In this document: piece after piece, positions 8,416-16,806 of the stretch
Position numbering within the stretch: the stretch's first letter is position 1
Layout: each line of letters opens with the position of its first letter
Assembly (NCBI GenBank): GCA_045640845.1
Contig: JAZUFV010000079.1
Coordinates: 1 to 56,353 of the forward strand
Reading direction: 5' to 3'
Source of the DNA: Lachnospiraceae bacterium
Lineage (GTDB): Bacteria; Bacillota; Clostridia; Lachnospirales; Lachnospiraceae
DNA length: 56,353 nt
The notes under the pieces: generated by a model
Databases searched by the model: none
Told to the model about the DNA's origin: nothing
Seen by the model: the letters and a program-made list of their open reading frames with translations, nothing else
Position numbers and translations under genes: made by a program

Positions 8416-10481
8416 TATGCCATCTCCCTTCCGATATTTGACAGCCTGGCAACTTCAGCCATGCTGCGGGCAGCTTCGGCCTCGGCTTTGGAGCCTGCTT
8501 CACCGAAGAACTTTGCCTCATCTGCGCGGTGGGCTTTGTAGTTTTCCAGATAACCTTCCGCAAAAGGAGCCCTGAGCCAGTACTTATCTTCAGGGAATTC
8601 GGTCTTGAATTCACCGTCTTCAAAGTAGTTGTACATGAAGTCAAAGGTCTTTTCCTTCGGATCTTTTTCGCCGCACACTTCAATATCTTTATTGATTTTG
8701 GCGATGGCAGCGCGCATGAACATCTCGGATGAGCGCATACGCGTCTGGCATTCAAGCACACGCCCCAGCTCGTGAGGATTGCGCGCGTACATCTGCGTCA
8801 TCTCATTCTTTTTGATATCTTCCAGCCACATAAGGCCGAATTCGAGTACGTGGGTATCTTTCCATTCACCGCAGCATGTCTGCATGACTCTGGTTGTGCC
8901 GCCCCACATCTCCTTCCATGTGACATAGGCATCAGGGTCGTTCACGCGGGTGACAGGAGCCCAGATTCTTTCAAGCTCATTTTCCAGCTGCTTCTGGTCG
9001 ATCTCGCCCTGAGAAGTTTTTGCGGAATATTCGGCAGCTCTGTTTCCTGCATAAAATCCGGTTGAGCACGCATATGAGCAGCCTTCCATGCCGCAGGTGG
9101 TGCCGACGGCGTAAAGCCCTTTAACGTTTGACATAAGATTCCAGTCAGTCACAATATCTCCGCGTGAGAACTGCTCGCTGCGCCACAGCTTCATCGTGTC
9201 CGGCTCGGCGCGGTGTCCCGGCCCGCCCTTGAAGGAATCCGGCTGGCCTATAGGCGCCATAAGCAGATCGGTATCAGGATTGTAACCGCTGCGGGTATAG
9301 TAATCGTAAACCGCATAACGGCATTTACCTTCATTGCCCAGCATTACGCCCCAGATAAGGCGGCGCTCATTTTCAGGCACATCTGAAAGATCTGCCCAGA
9401 AAGGAAGCTGATATTCACCGCTTCGGATCTTTTCAGGAATTTCTGGGTCAAGCATCGCATCTTCACGGTCACCATATTTAGGCGGCTTGCTCATCGGCCT
9501 GAACATGAGGTCCTTAAAATCGGTAATTTCTTCCTTTGTATATTTGCTGAACCATGGGATTTTTTTGCCTGTGTTGTCCACAACTGTACATGGATACCAG
9601 GTGTTTCCGCCGTTGCCCACACCAAAATTAGGCCATGCCATAGGATTACGGCCGCCCACCTTGCCTCCGCCCTGGAACCCGCTGATCTTCGCGCCGGCAT
9701 TCAGAGCCATGATTATGCCCTCACCGGTCTCATTAGGATCCCAGAAATAACTGCTTCCGGAAATCTCGGTGGAGAAGCACCATGCGCTGCTCACACCGCC
9801 GGAGCCTATAATGACGCTCTTGCAGTGGAACACATAAGCCTCACCGGTTTCAAGTGAAAAGCCCACGGCGCCGACAACGCGGGCACCCTGCTTTCCGCCT
9901 TCTGTGAGAAGGCAGGTCATCATGATCCTCTCATATATTTCTGCACCGAATTTTCTGAGGCCGTCAAAGAGGCTGGTCTTGATATACTGACCGCCGCGCA
10001 GCCTTACCGTGGAAACCTTGGAATAATCGAAGGCTTTAAGAACACCGGTTTTTTCATCAAGGGCAGGCTGGCCGGTGAAATCTCCGTCCTCATCAAATAT
10101 AGGCATACCGAGGTCAGCCAGCTCCATGAGCGCTTCCCACGAGCCTTTCATGGCGATGTAGAATTCTGCGCCGTGCTTTTTGCCGCCGAAGAATGTGCCG
10201 TACTTTTCAGCCAGTTCTTCCGGGGTAAACGGATTGGAAGGGGTGTCGATAGGCATGTTCCAATGATCCATGCCGGCGCCGGCATTTCCACTGTGTTTCA
10301 TAGGCGCCTTATCAACGGCAGCCACCTTAAGTCCGCGTCTGGCAGCAGCCACGCCGGCACTTGCACCCGCTGTTCCGCAGCCAATGACCAGCACATCCAC
10401 ATAGATGTGACGGGCCTCGCCGTACTTAATCGGATACGGCCATTTCAGCACGCCGTCCGAAATACCTTTTAAATAATCCAT
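8415..10481 (-). CDS. AprA-like / fumarate-reductase-superfamily FAD flavoprotein (688 aa)
   Basis: Dinucleotide fold VDVLVIGCGTAGASAGVAAARRG, then VDKAPMKHSGNAGAGMDHWN (compare the AprA pattern VDKA..eRSGAvaqGlsaiN). The track ORF starts at 10541. The ATG at 10481 (MDYLKGI...) has AAGGAG 7 nt upstream. Confidence 0.8.
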   Translation of the reverse strand: MDYLKGISDGVLKWPYPIKYGEARHIYVDVLVIGCGTAGASAGVAAARRGLKVAAVDKAPMKHSGNAGAGMDHWNMPIDTPSNPFTPEELAEKYGTFFGGKKHGAEFYIAMKGSWEALMELADLGMPIFDEDGDFTGQPALDEKTGVLKAFDYSKVSTVRLRGGQYIKTSLFDGLRKFGAEIYERIMMTCLLTEGGKQGARVVGAVGFSLETGEAYVFHCKSVIIGSGGVSSAWCFSTEISGSSYFWDPNETGEGIIMALNAGAKISGFQGGGKVGGRNPMAWPNFGVGNGGNTWYPCTVVDNTGKKIPWFSKYTKEEITDFKDLMFRPMSKPPKYGDREDAMLDPEIPEKIRSGEYQLPFWADLSDVPENERRLIWGVMLGNEGKCRYAVYDYYTRSGYNPDTDLLMAPIGQPDSFKGGPGHRAEPDTMKLWRSEQFSRGDIVTDWNLMSNVKGLYAVGTTCGMEGCSYACSTGFYAGNRAAEYSAKTSQGEIDQKQLENELERIWAPVTRVNDPDAYVTWKEMWGGTTRVMQTCCGEWKDTHVLEFGLMWLEDIKKNEMTQMYARNPHELGRVLECQTRMRSSEMFMRAAIAKINKDIEVCGEKDPKEKTFDFMYNYFEDGEFKTEFPEDKYWLRAPFAEGYLENYKAHRADEAKFFGEAGSKAEAEAARSMAEVARLSNIGREMA

Positions 10482-10586
10482 AAGCAGATCTCCTTGTTTT
10501 TTTGGGGTAATTATAAATGTTTTTTTCGGACGGAAAAACAAACATTTTTGAAATAATCATGTCATTTGGAAATATATTGGCCTCGG

Positions 10587-10675
10587 GAAATTGTGAATTC
10601 ATGCAAAAGTGAAAGGCCGGCCATGAGAAACGTTGATTTTACGTTGAGGCGTGTTCACTTTTGCACGATTGTGAT
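10587..10675. repeat. MITE/REP-like palindromic intergenic element, copy A
   Basis: gaaattgtgaatt box, then the terminal inverted repeat tcatgcaaaagtgaa / ttcacttttgcacga around a core of about 45 nt. Its reverse complement matches 56160..56232 closely. The identical runs are atcgtgcaaaagtgaaca, cctcaacgtaaaatcaacgttt and tttcacttttgca. Confidence 0.85.
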
Positions 10676-10680
10676 GAAAG

Positions 10681-10709
10681 TGGAAAAGAATGCGGAGCTG
10701 TGATATTAT
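10681..10709 (+). promoter_or_regulatory. Candidate extended -10 promoter giving a leaderless DUF1294 mRNA
   Basis: TGaTATTAT at 10701-10709, and TGGAAA at 10681-10686 (17-nt spacer). The ATG at 10716 lies 6 nt after the -10, and no SD sequence lies between them. Confidence 0.35.
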
Positions 10710-10715
10710 CTGTGC

Positions 10716-10994
10716 ATGGACAAAACATGGATGATCATTATCATAATTTATCTTGTTGCCGCAAACATCGCGGGATTTGTGCTGATGGGAGCGGACAAGT
10801 CTAAGGCCCGCCGCGGTGCGTGGCGCATACCGGAAAAGACATTTTTCATCGTGAGCCTTCTGGGCGGAAGTCTGGGAACCTTCCTCGGAATGATGATTTT
10901 CCGCCACAAGACCAGGCATTGGTACTTTATTCTGGGAATCCCGCTGATCATAATACTTCAGGCCGGCATCGCCATTTGGCTGCAGACCCGTTAA
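10716..10994 (+). CDS. DUF1294 family small membrane protein
   Basis: 92 aa with family-typical features: GADKSKARRGAWRIPEKTFF...LLGGSLG...FRHKTRHWYF and three hydrophobic segments. Confidence 0.85.
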   Translation: MDKTWMIIIIIYLVAANIAGFVLMGADKSKARRGAWRIPEKTFFIVSLLGGSLGTFLGMMIFRHKTRHWYFILGIPLIIILQAGIAIWLQTR

Positions 10995-11057
10995 AACAAA
11001 ACGTAACGCGGACGGACACAGTTCATCCATACGGTGTCACGTATTAAAAATCACAAA

Positions 11058-11094
11058 ACGGGGTCATCGCTTAGTTGCGACGGCCCCGTTTTTC
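11058..11094. terminator. Bidirectional rho-independent terminator between convergent genes
   Basis: acggggtcatcgc / gcgacggccccgt stem (two G-U/mismatch positions). It is followed by TTTTT on the plus strand and by TTTTGTGATTTTT on the minus strand. Confidence 0.7.
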
Positions 11095-11120
11095 AGCTTA
11101 CGCGAAAGGATGTCCGGCGA

Positions 11121-11948
11121 TTATTTTAAGAAATAGCTGAAGCTGTCGCCCGACTGCAGATAGTGGATAGGGATATCGCTTCCGATCACATCAGGCAGCC
11201 ATTTGCACATGTACTTCATGCCCAGCTCCTCTGTGTTGAAATGTCCCATCTCCAGAATGACCTTCGGCATGCCGTTCATGCATGAGTCACGTACATATTC
11301 GGAAAGGCTCCAGTCAACAATCTCAAGAGGAATGATGGCATCGGCACCGGCTGCTTTCTCAATGATTTTAGCATCAAAGCGCCCGGAAACATGCTCGGCG
11401 ATGAAGACTTTTGAAACCTCGGTATTCAGATCGCCGACAACCCTGAGGCCGGTAAGATTGAACTTTTCAAGGAAAAGCTCTGCCAGTTCTTTGCCGGTGG
11501 TCTTTGGAATCTCATACCACAGCGGCTTTGTCTCCTCGCCGCGCGCATATTCTTCCCAGCCGAGTTCCTTCATTATTCCGTAATATATGTAGTCAATCTC
11601 TGTGTGAACCTCGCAGCCCGGGCCACCCGGACCGTGCAGATGGTCATGATCTCTCCATACAACAATATTATTATCTGCAAGCAGCTGATTTTTTGCTGCA
11701 AAAACCGGGTCTTCAGCGGCAATGCCTGTCTGCTCGGCGTCTCCGAAGAACAGCGGCTCATGGCAGATGATCAGGTTGACGCCTTTTTGGATGGCTTCGC
11801 GTACAACATCAGTGGAGCAAAAGCAGGTGATGCCTATGCTCGTGCACTCCTGATCCGGATCGCCCACCTTAATGGTATCTGATGGATGCGGATTATCAAC
11901 AGGCGCATGCCAGCCAAGCAGAGTATCAATAACTTCTGAAATTTTCAT
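11121..11948 (-). CDS. NIF3 (YbgI/GTP cyclohydrolase 1 type 2 homolog) family dinuclear-metal protein
   Basis: N-terminal pattern DTIKVGDPDQECTSIGITCFCSTDVVREAIQKGVNLIICHEPLFF, plus C-terminal metal-ligand region HFNTEELG. RBS AAGGAGG. Confidence 0.8.
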   Translation of the reverse strand: MKISEVIDTLLGWHAPVDNPHPSDTIKVGDPDQECTSIGITCFCSTDVVREAIQKGVNLIICHEPLFFGDAEQTGIAAEDPVFAAKNQLLADNNIVVWRDHDHLHGPGGPGCEVHTEIDYIYYGIMKELGWEEYARGEETKPLWYEIPKTTGKELAELFLEKFNLTGLRVVGDLNTEVSKVFIAEHVSGRFDAKIIEKAAGADAIIPLEIVDWSLSEYVRDSCMNGMPKVILEMGHFNTEELGMKYMCKWLPDVIGSDIPIHYLQSGDSFSYFLK

Positions 11949-12017
11949 TTTGGAATCCTCCTTGTTTTTTCTTTATTATAGCATGTGCGAAGCACAGTTG
12001 GGCACAACCGGACAATG

Positions 12018-12033
12018 AAAAATTGTGAAATTG
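12018..12033. repeat. AAAAATTGTGAAATTG box (solo copy)
   Basis: A 16-mer identical to 19786..19801. Near-copies precede both palindromic elements (10587 and 56149). Confidence 0.6.
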
Positions 12034-12057
12034 TGCCGTGTATAAAAGGGGATAGCA

Positions 12058-12082
12058 GAACCACCGCACTAAGCGGTGGTTC
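12058..12082 (-). terminator. Possible terminator hairpin after the MBL-hydrolase gene
   Basis: Perfect 10-bp arms gaaccaccgc / gcggtggttc with a 5-nt loop. The U-tract on the minus strand is weak (TGCTATCCCCTTTTA). Confidence 0.35.
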
Positions 12083-12133
12083 ATAGTAAAAAAGGGGGAC
12101 ATATGTTTGCTTGTTTTAAGCTTTAAGGGAAAA

Positions 12134-12733
12134 TTAGCTTTCCCAATTAAGGGTATTTCCGGGTCTCATTACATATTTGTTTGGCGGATTAAAATTATCC
12201 ACGGTTGCTTCCTTAAAAATGCCTTCTGTTTTCGAGCAGGTGTGTACTGCCACATTGTGACAGGCTTGAACCAAAGCAGCACATTTTTCCGCTTCGGCAG
12301 GCCCCATGTTGTAAAAACCGTCGGTTGGGAAAAAGGCGTAATCAATCTTTTCATCTGCCAGCTCTTTCATTTCAGGAATGAGCGAAGTGTCAGCTGCGAA
12401 GTAGAACTTTTTACAACCGGCAGTTATTAAAAATCCCACTGTGGTATTTCTTGAATGCAGCTTATTATATGCGGGAACACCTTTGATAGTGCACTCTGCT
12501 AATTCAATCGTCTGGTATATGCCGTCAATCAGCAGATCCTTATAGGTAAATATGACGCATTCCGGCTTTTTTTCAACAATATCCACAGCGCAATGATCAC
12601 CGTGCTCATGAGAACACACAATGTAATCTGCAGGGATTTCATATCCGGATCCGGCAAACGGATCTATATAAACGACCGTGTTTCCGGCGGTAAGCCTAAA
12701 ACTGGAATGTCCTTGATAAAGTAATTCAAACAT
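12134..12733 (-). CDS. MBL-fold metallo-hydrolase (UPF0173-like)
   Basis: HxHxDH motif in CSHEHGDHC. Size of about 199 aa is typical. Confidence 0.85.
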   Translation of the reverse strand: MFELLYQGHSSFRLTAGNTVVYIDPFAGSGYEIPADYIVCSHEHGDHCAVDIVEKKPECVIFTYKDLLIDGIYQTIELAECTIKGVPAYNKLHSRNTTVGFLITAGCKKFYFAADTSLIPEMKELADEKIDYAFFPTDGFYNMGPAEAEKCAALVQACHNVAVHTCSKTEGIFKEATVDNFNPPNKYVMRPGNTLNWES

Positions 12734-12746
12734 GCTTCATTCACCC

Positions 12747-13496
12747 TTAAAACAAACGACTCAGTTCAACCTCATAGCGAGGATGGTTCATAACCAATTC
12801 GCCCGTAGGAGGGTAAAATATATCAAGATTACCCTTCTCCAGTTGTTCAATAACATAATCTGTATATTCATCCGGCTGAAGGCCGACACTTTCAGTACCT
12901 GGCTTTGCATTTGCCCTTCCTGAAGGATTTAGGTCGGTTTCAACTCTTACAGGCGGAACTTCATAAACTTCAACAGGAGTATCCTTGAGGTGCTCGCGAA
13001 GCTCCATTGTGTATACATGATAACCTGCTTTGGCTGCGCAGTACATAGGGATGCGTTTAAGCGGTGTGAAACCTAAAATAGAAGAAACATTAATAATTGC
13101 AGGATTTTTTTGTTCCATGAGCATCGGTATGAATAATCCGGTGAGCATTATAGGGGCTGTCAGGTTTATGTTGATTTCCTGTTCCGCGAATCCGAGTGCA
13201 TCTATTCCCTTCGTCAGATCATAGTCTGTCTGAACAGCTGCATTATTAATAAGAATATTCAAGTCAGGAAAATTTTCTTTTACATAATTGAAAAGATTAT
13301 TCCTGTCCTGTGAATCCGCGATGTCGCAGACAACATAATGGATACCGGGCAGCTCCTGAACAGTTTCGAGGAGCTTATTCTCTCTTCTTCCGCAGATGAT
13401 GACCTTATTTCCTCTTTTATGAAACTGCTTTGCTAATGATTTTCCAATTCCTGTTCCACCGCCTGTTATCAAAACGGTATTTCCTGTCAGATTCAT
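12747..13496 (-). CDS. SDR-family oxidoreductase
   Basis: TGGGTGIGKSLA, NNAA and YCAAKAG motifs. The ATG at 13496 (MNLTGNT...) is preceded by GGAGGTAAAA. The track start at 13508 is part of that RBS. Confidence 0.9.
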   Translation of the reverse strand: MNLTGNTVLITGGGTGIGKSLAKQFHKRGNKVIICGRRENKLLETVQELPGIHYVVCDIADSQDRNNLFNYVKENFPDLNILINNAAVQTDYDLTKGIDALGFAEQEININLTAPIMLTGLFIPMLMEQKNPAIINVSSILGFTPLKRIPMYCAAKAGYHVYTMELREHLKDTPVEVYEVPPVRVETDLNPSGRANAKPGTESVGLQPDEYTDYVIEQLEKGNLDIFYPPTGELVMNHPRYEVELSRLF

Positions 13497-13625
13497 TTTT
13501 ACCTCCATTGCAGAATTAGTCAGGTACTCTTTGTAATTTGAATAACATTATAAATTCTTGAGACTCAAAACAAAAATACTATTTACGGCATCACCTTATA
13601 ACCAAATTTCTATGGATAACTAAAA

Positions 13626-13643
13626 GGGAATATCCCTATTCCC
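13626..13643. promoter_or_regulatory. Candidate operator palindrome in the divergent SDR/cupin intergenic region
   Basis: gggaata-tccc-tattccc (7-bp arms), about 70 nt upstream of the cupin start. Confidence 0.25.
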
Positions 13644-13713
13644 TATATCGTATTTTACAAAGAATAATGCGAATTCTATAATGAATTAAAATCTAAGTAT
13701 GGGGAGGTATATT

Positions 13714-14184
13714 ATGCCAAAATACGAATGGGAACAGTTGGAACTGACACCAATCACACCTAAGCATACCAATGCAATGGGTAAGACCATTGTTGGCAAC
13801 ATGCTTATGCTTCAGACACTTGAGTTTAATGAAGATCCGGGCGAAAGAAGGCAGGGAGCTACTATGCACAGCCACCCGGAAGAACAGTTCTTCATTGTTA
13901 AGTCAGGCACGATTCTTATGAGAGAAGAAGGAATCAATGCTGAGGGGGAATGGACCGTCCTTAAACCTGGCGATGCATATCATATTCCTCCGGACACCAT
14001 GCACGAGATGATCGTTCAGGACAACGGCTCTTTCTACCAGTTCAAAATAAGAATTCCTGGCCACAGCGTATTCGACGGCGGATGGATGGGAAATGCCCAG
14101 GAAGAATGGGAGGAGATTAAGACTCTGTATGCAAAATCAAGGGCAGAGCATAAGGAAAGTGCTCCTTGGTTAAAATATGAATAA
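13714..14184 (+). CDS. Cupin-domain protein
   Basis: GATMHSHPEEQFFIVKSG...GDAYHIPPDTMHEM (the two cupin motifs). The ATG at 13714 is preceded by GGGGAGGTATATT. Confidence 0.75.
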   Translation: MPKYEWEQLELTPITPKHTNAMGKTIVGNMLMLQTLEFNEDPGERRQGATMHSHPEEQFFIVKSGTILMREEGINAEGEWTVLKPGDAYHIPPDTMHEMIVQDNGSFYQFKIRIPGHSVFDGGWMGNAQEEWEEIKTLYAKSRAEHKESAPWLKYE

Positions 14185-14203
14185 ATAACATGGGAGGTAT
14201 ATT

Positions 14204-15661
14204 ATGAAATCACGGGGGAGTATTCTGGATTTTGCCGGTTCCATAACCGAGTTTAAATTCGGAAAGAAACAGTTAATCGGTTTCATCGTAACAGTTATTG
14301 TAACTGCTGTCTGTGCACTGTTGCCGCTTGAATCCGTATCGCCGGATGCTTCAAAAGGGCTTGCACTTCTGGTATGCGTTCTTGCCATTTGGTTTTCAGG
14401 ATGTTTGCCGCAGGTAGTAGGAAGTTTTATTCTGTTGATCGGAACCGTGCTGCTTGGCTTTGGTTCAGCAGGAGATGTATTAACCGAATTTGGTAACAGC
14501 CCATTTTTCCAGATTGCTATGTTCAGTATCGTAGCGATGGGTGCAAACCGAACTAAAATAGGTAAAAGAATTGCTTATTTCTTCCTTTCCAAATTAGGAA
14601 GGACACCATCTAAGATTCTTTTTGCATTGTTCATCAGTGCGGCTGTAATTTCAGCATTTGTATCAAATCTTGCTACAACTGCTGTTATGATTGCAATCGG
14701 AACATCCATTCTGAAAGCGCTTGATGAAACAGAAGGTGCAGGCGGATTCGGAAAAGCTATGTGTATCTTGATTCCTGTTGGCTCAATGACAGGTGGCCTT
14801 GCACTTATTTCAGGAAGTCCCGGAATCAACTCTGTTGCTATTTCAGCTCTTGAAAATGCCACTGAAGGAGCTTACACAGTAACATATGCACAGTGGGCAG
14901 CAATCGGTATTCCGTTCGCGCTTATTGTTATCATACCTACAGTTCTTATTTACGCATGGTGGTTCAAGGTTGATAAGCAGATTAAAGCCGGCGCACTTGA
15001 TACCTCAAAGTTTGCTGAAGAACTTGCTGACTTAGGTCCTATTTCATGGGCCGAGATCAGATGGATTATCACTCTGGTAGCCATGATTGTTGTTTTCATA
15101 ACAACAAGCCTTAAGATGCCTATCATCGCCTGCATTTTTGCAACTATCACACTTCTGCCTGGTGTTGGTACTGTAAGTGTAAAGGATGCTATGAAAGACC
15201 TTCCTATGGGAGTTCTTTTCCTTGCCGGTGTTACACCTCTTATGGGTCTCATCATGACAAAGTGCAACATTGTTTCACTGCTCAGCGGACTCTTCTCATG
15301 GATTCCACAGGTTCCGCTGCTGGTAGCAATGCTGCTTCTCGGATTCATTACATGGCTTGCTCAGGCAGTTCTTCTTGAGAGCTGGGCAGCAGTTATCGTA
15401 ATTATCTGCTCTGTTGCTGCACCTATTGCTATGGCAAATGGCATCAACCCTGCTATGCTTCTGTATCCGTCACTTTCAATTCTTTCAGCTCAGATGGTAC
15501 TCGGTATTACAGGACACATGCTTTTGACCTACAGGTACAATTATTACAAGCTTTACGATACCATTGTTCCTGGTTCACTGGTTTCATTAGTATGGCTTAT
15601 AGTGGTAACACTGCTTACATACTTTATCGGACCGTTGGTAGGAATGAACGTTCTCGTATAA
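14204..15661 (+). CDS. DASS/SLC13-like (ArsB/NhaD superfamily) anion permease
   Basis: 485 aa and polytopic. FVSNLATTAVMIAIG resembles the SNT hairpin motif of divalent-anion:Na+ symporters. Its RBS, GGGAGGTATATTATG, is identical to that of the preceding cupin gene. Confidence 0.75.
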   Translation: MKSRGSILDFAGSITEFKFGKKQLIGFIVTVIVTAVCALLPLESVSPDASKGLALLVCVLAIWFSGCLPQVVGSFILLIGTVLLGFGSAGDVLTEFGNSPFFQIAMFSIVAMGANRTKIGKRIAYFFLSKLGRTPSKILFALFISAAVISAFVSNLATTAVMIAIGTSILKALDETEGAGGFGKAMCILIPVGSMTGGLALISGSPGINSVAISALENATEGAYTVTYAQWAAIGIPFALIVIIPTVLIYAWWFKVDKQIKAGALDTSKFAEELADLGPISWAEIRWIITLVAMIVVFITTSLKMPIIACIFATITLLPGVGTVSVKDAMKDLPMGVLFLAGVTPLMGLIMTKCNIVSLLSGLFSWIPQVPLLVAMLLLGFITWLAQAVLLESWAAVIVIICSVAAPIAMANGINPAMLLYPSLSILSAQMVLGITGHMLLTYRYNYYKLYDTIVPGSLVSLVWLIVVTLLTYFIGPLVGMNVLV

Positions 15662-15693
15662 ATACTGGAATTAAAACAGTATAGAAATACGCG

Positions 15694-15730
15694 GCAGCAA
15701 AATCCCCGAGGATTTTGCTGCTGCTGATTT
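15694..15730 (+). terminator. Terminator-like hairpin after the permease gene
   Basis: Perfect 12-bp arms gcagcaaaatcc / ggattttgctgc, loop ccga, followed by tgctgattta (modest U-tract). Confidence 0.5.
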
Positions 15731-15859
15731 ATGGGGAACTTATAACCCATAGGCTATGAGACAGTCACGATTTAGATAATTGCAAATAGGACGACTGGTT
15801 GCTAAAATTATTTGTGAAAAAAACCGTAAACGCACTATTATGCGAGAGGGAGTCCAAAA

Positions 15860-16777
15860 ATGACCAGTCTACAGATAGAATGCTTTCTGAGCGTAGTTGA
15901 AAATATGAGTTTCTCCGCAGCAGCGAAAAAAAGATTTATTTCTCAGCCATCAATAAGCAAACATATACACAACCTCGAGACAGAGCTGGGAGCCACTTTG
16001 TTCGACCGAACCGGGCATAACCTTCAGCTAACTTATATGGGGCAGCTTTATGCCGATTTCTTTAAGGAAAGCTTAAGACGTATGGACGAGATTAAGCTGG
16101 AAAATCCAAGGTATTTTCAGAAGCTTACCGGAACGGTAAAAGTTGGTGCTGTGAGCAGTATGAATACTTCTAATGTGTTCGCAGAAATCTTGGACAGCTG
16201 TATAAGCAAGCATCCCAATATTACAATCAGCACGGATTTTTTACCTTTTCAGGAACTGGAAAAAGCTTTGCTGTCTGATGAAGTAGATATAATCATCATG
16301 TTAAAGGACTTTTTGTCTCCTATTCCGGGCGTTGTTGTTCAGGAACTCGGACAGGCAGAAAAAAGTATTTTCTATCACGAGGATCTAATGCCGGTAGACA
16401 GCAATGACAATTTGACACCTCTTGATTTTAAGGACCAGACTTTTCTGGTGCTGGGCCCCGAAATATCGCCTATGGTCGCCTCCAAGGTGATTGAATATTG
16501 TGAAGATTACGGATTTACGCCTTCTTTGAAATATGTACCGAACATTGAATCAATGATTGGCGGAGTGCGTCACAGACGGGGGGTTGCAATTTTTGACAAA
16601 CTTATGGACTGGGGCTACGAAAAGATAAAAAGCGTACCGCTGGATAATCCGCATGAAGTGGTTGTGGCTTGGAAAAAGTCCAATGTTTCAAGATCGGTAC
16701 ACATTGTGGTAAATGAGCTCCTCTTCCATTTTAAAACAGAAAAAGACGCGGAATCTGAAGATTGCGCGCAGGAATGA
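15860..16777 (+). CDS. LysR-family transcriptional regulator
   Basis: N-terminal wHTH: MTSLQIECFLSVVENMSFSAAAKKRFISQPSISKHIHNLETELGATLFDR. About 300 aa with a C-terminal substrate-binding domain. Confidence 0.9.
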   Translation: MTSLQIECFLSVVENMSFSAAAKKRFISQPSISKHIHNLETELGATLFDRTGHNLQLTYMGQLYADFFKESLRRMDEIKLENPRYFQKLTGTVKVGAVSSMNTSNVFAEILDSCISKHPNITISTDFLPFQELEKALLSDEVDIIIMLKDFLSPIPGVVVQELGQAEKSIFYHEDLMPVDSNDNLTPLDFKDQTFLVLGPEISPMVASKVIEYCEDYGFTPSLKYVPNIESMIGGVRHRRGVAIFDKLMDWGYEKIKSVPLDNPHEVVVAWKKSNVSRSVHIVVNELLFHFKTEKDAESEDCAQE

Positions 16778-16806
16778 ATTTTATCTGCATAAGCGGAGGT
16801 ATTTAA

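Noticed and set aside
10599-11030. 143-aa minus-strand ORF, and the similar ORF 56006..56215, which share residues
   Set aside because: The shared residues arise because both ORFs read through the repeated palindromic element. The first also overlaps the well-supported DUF1294 gene on the other strand.
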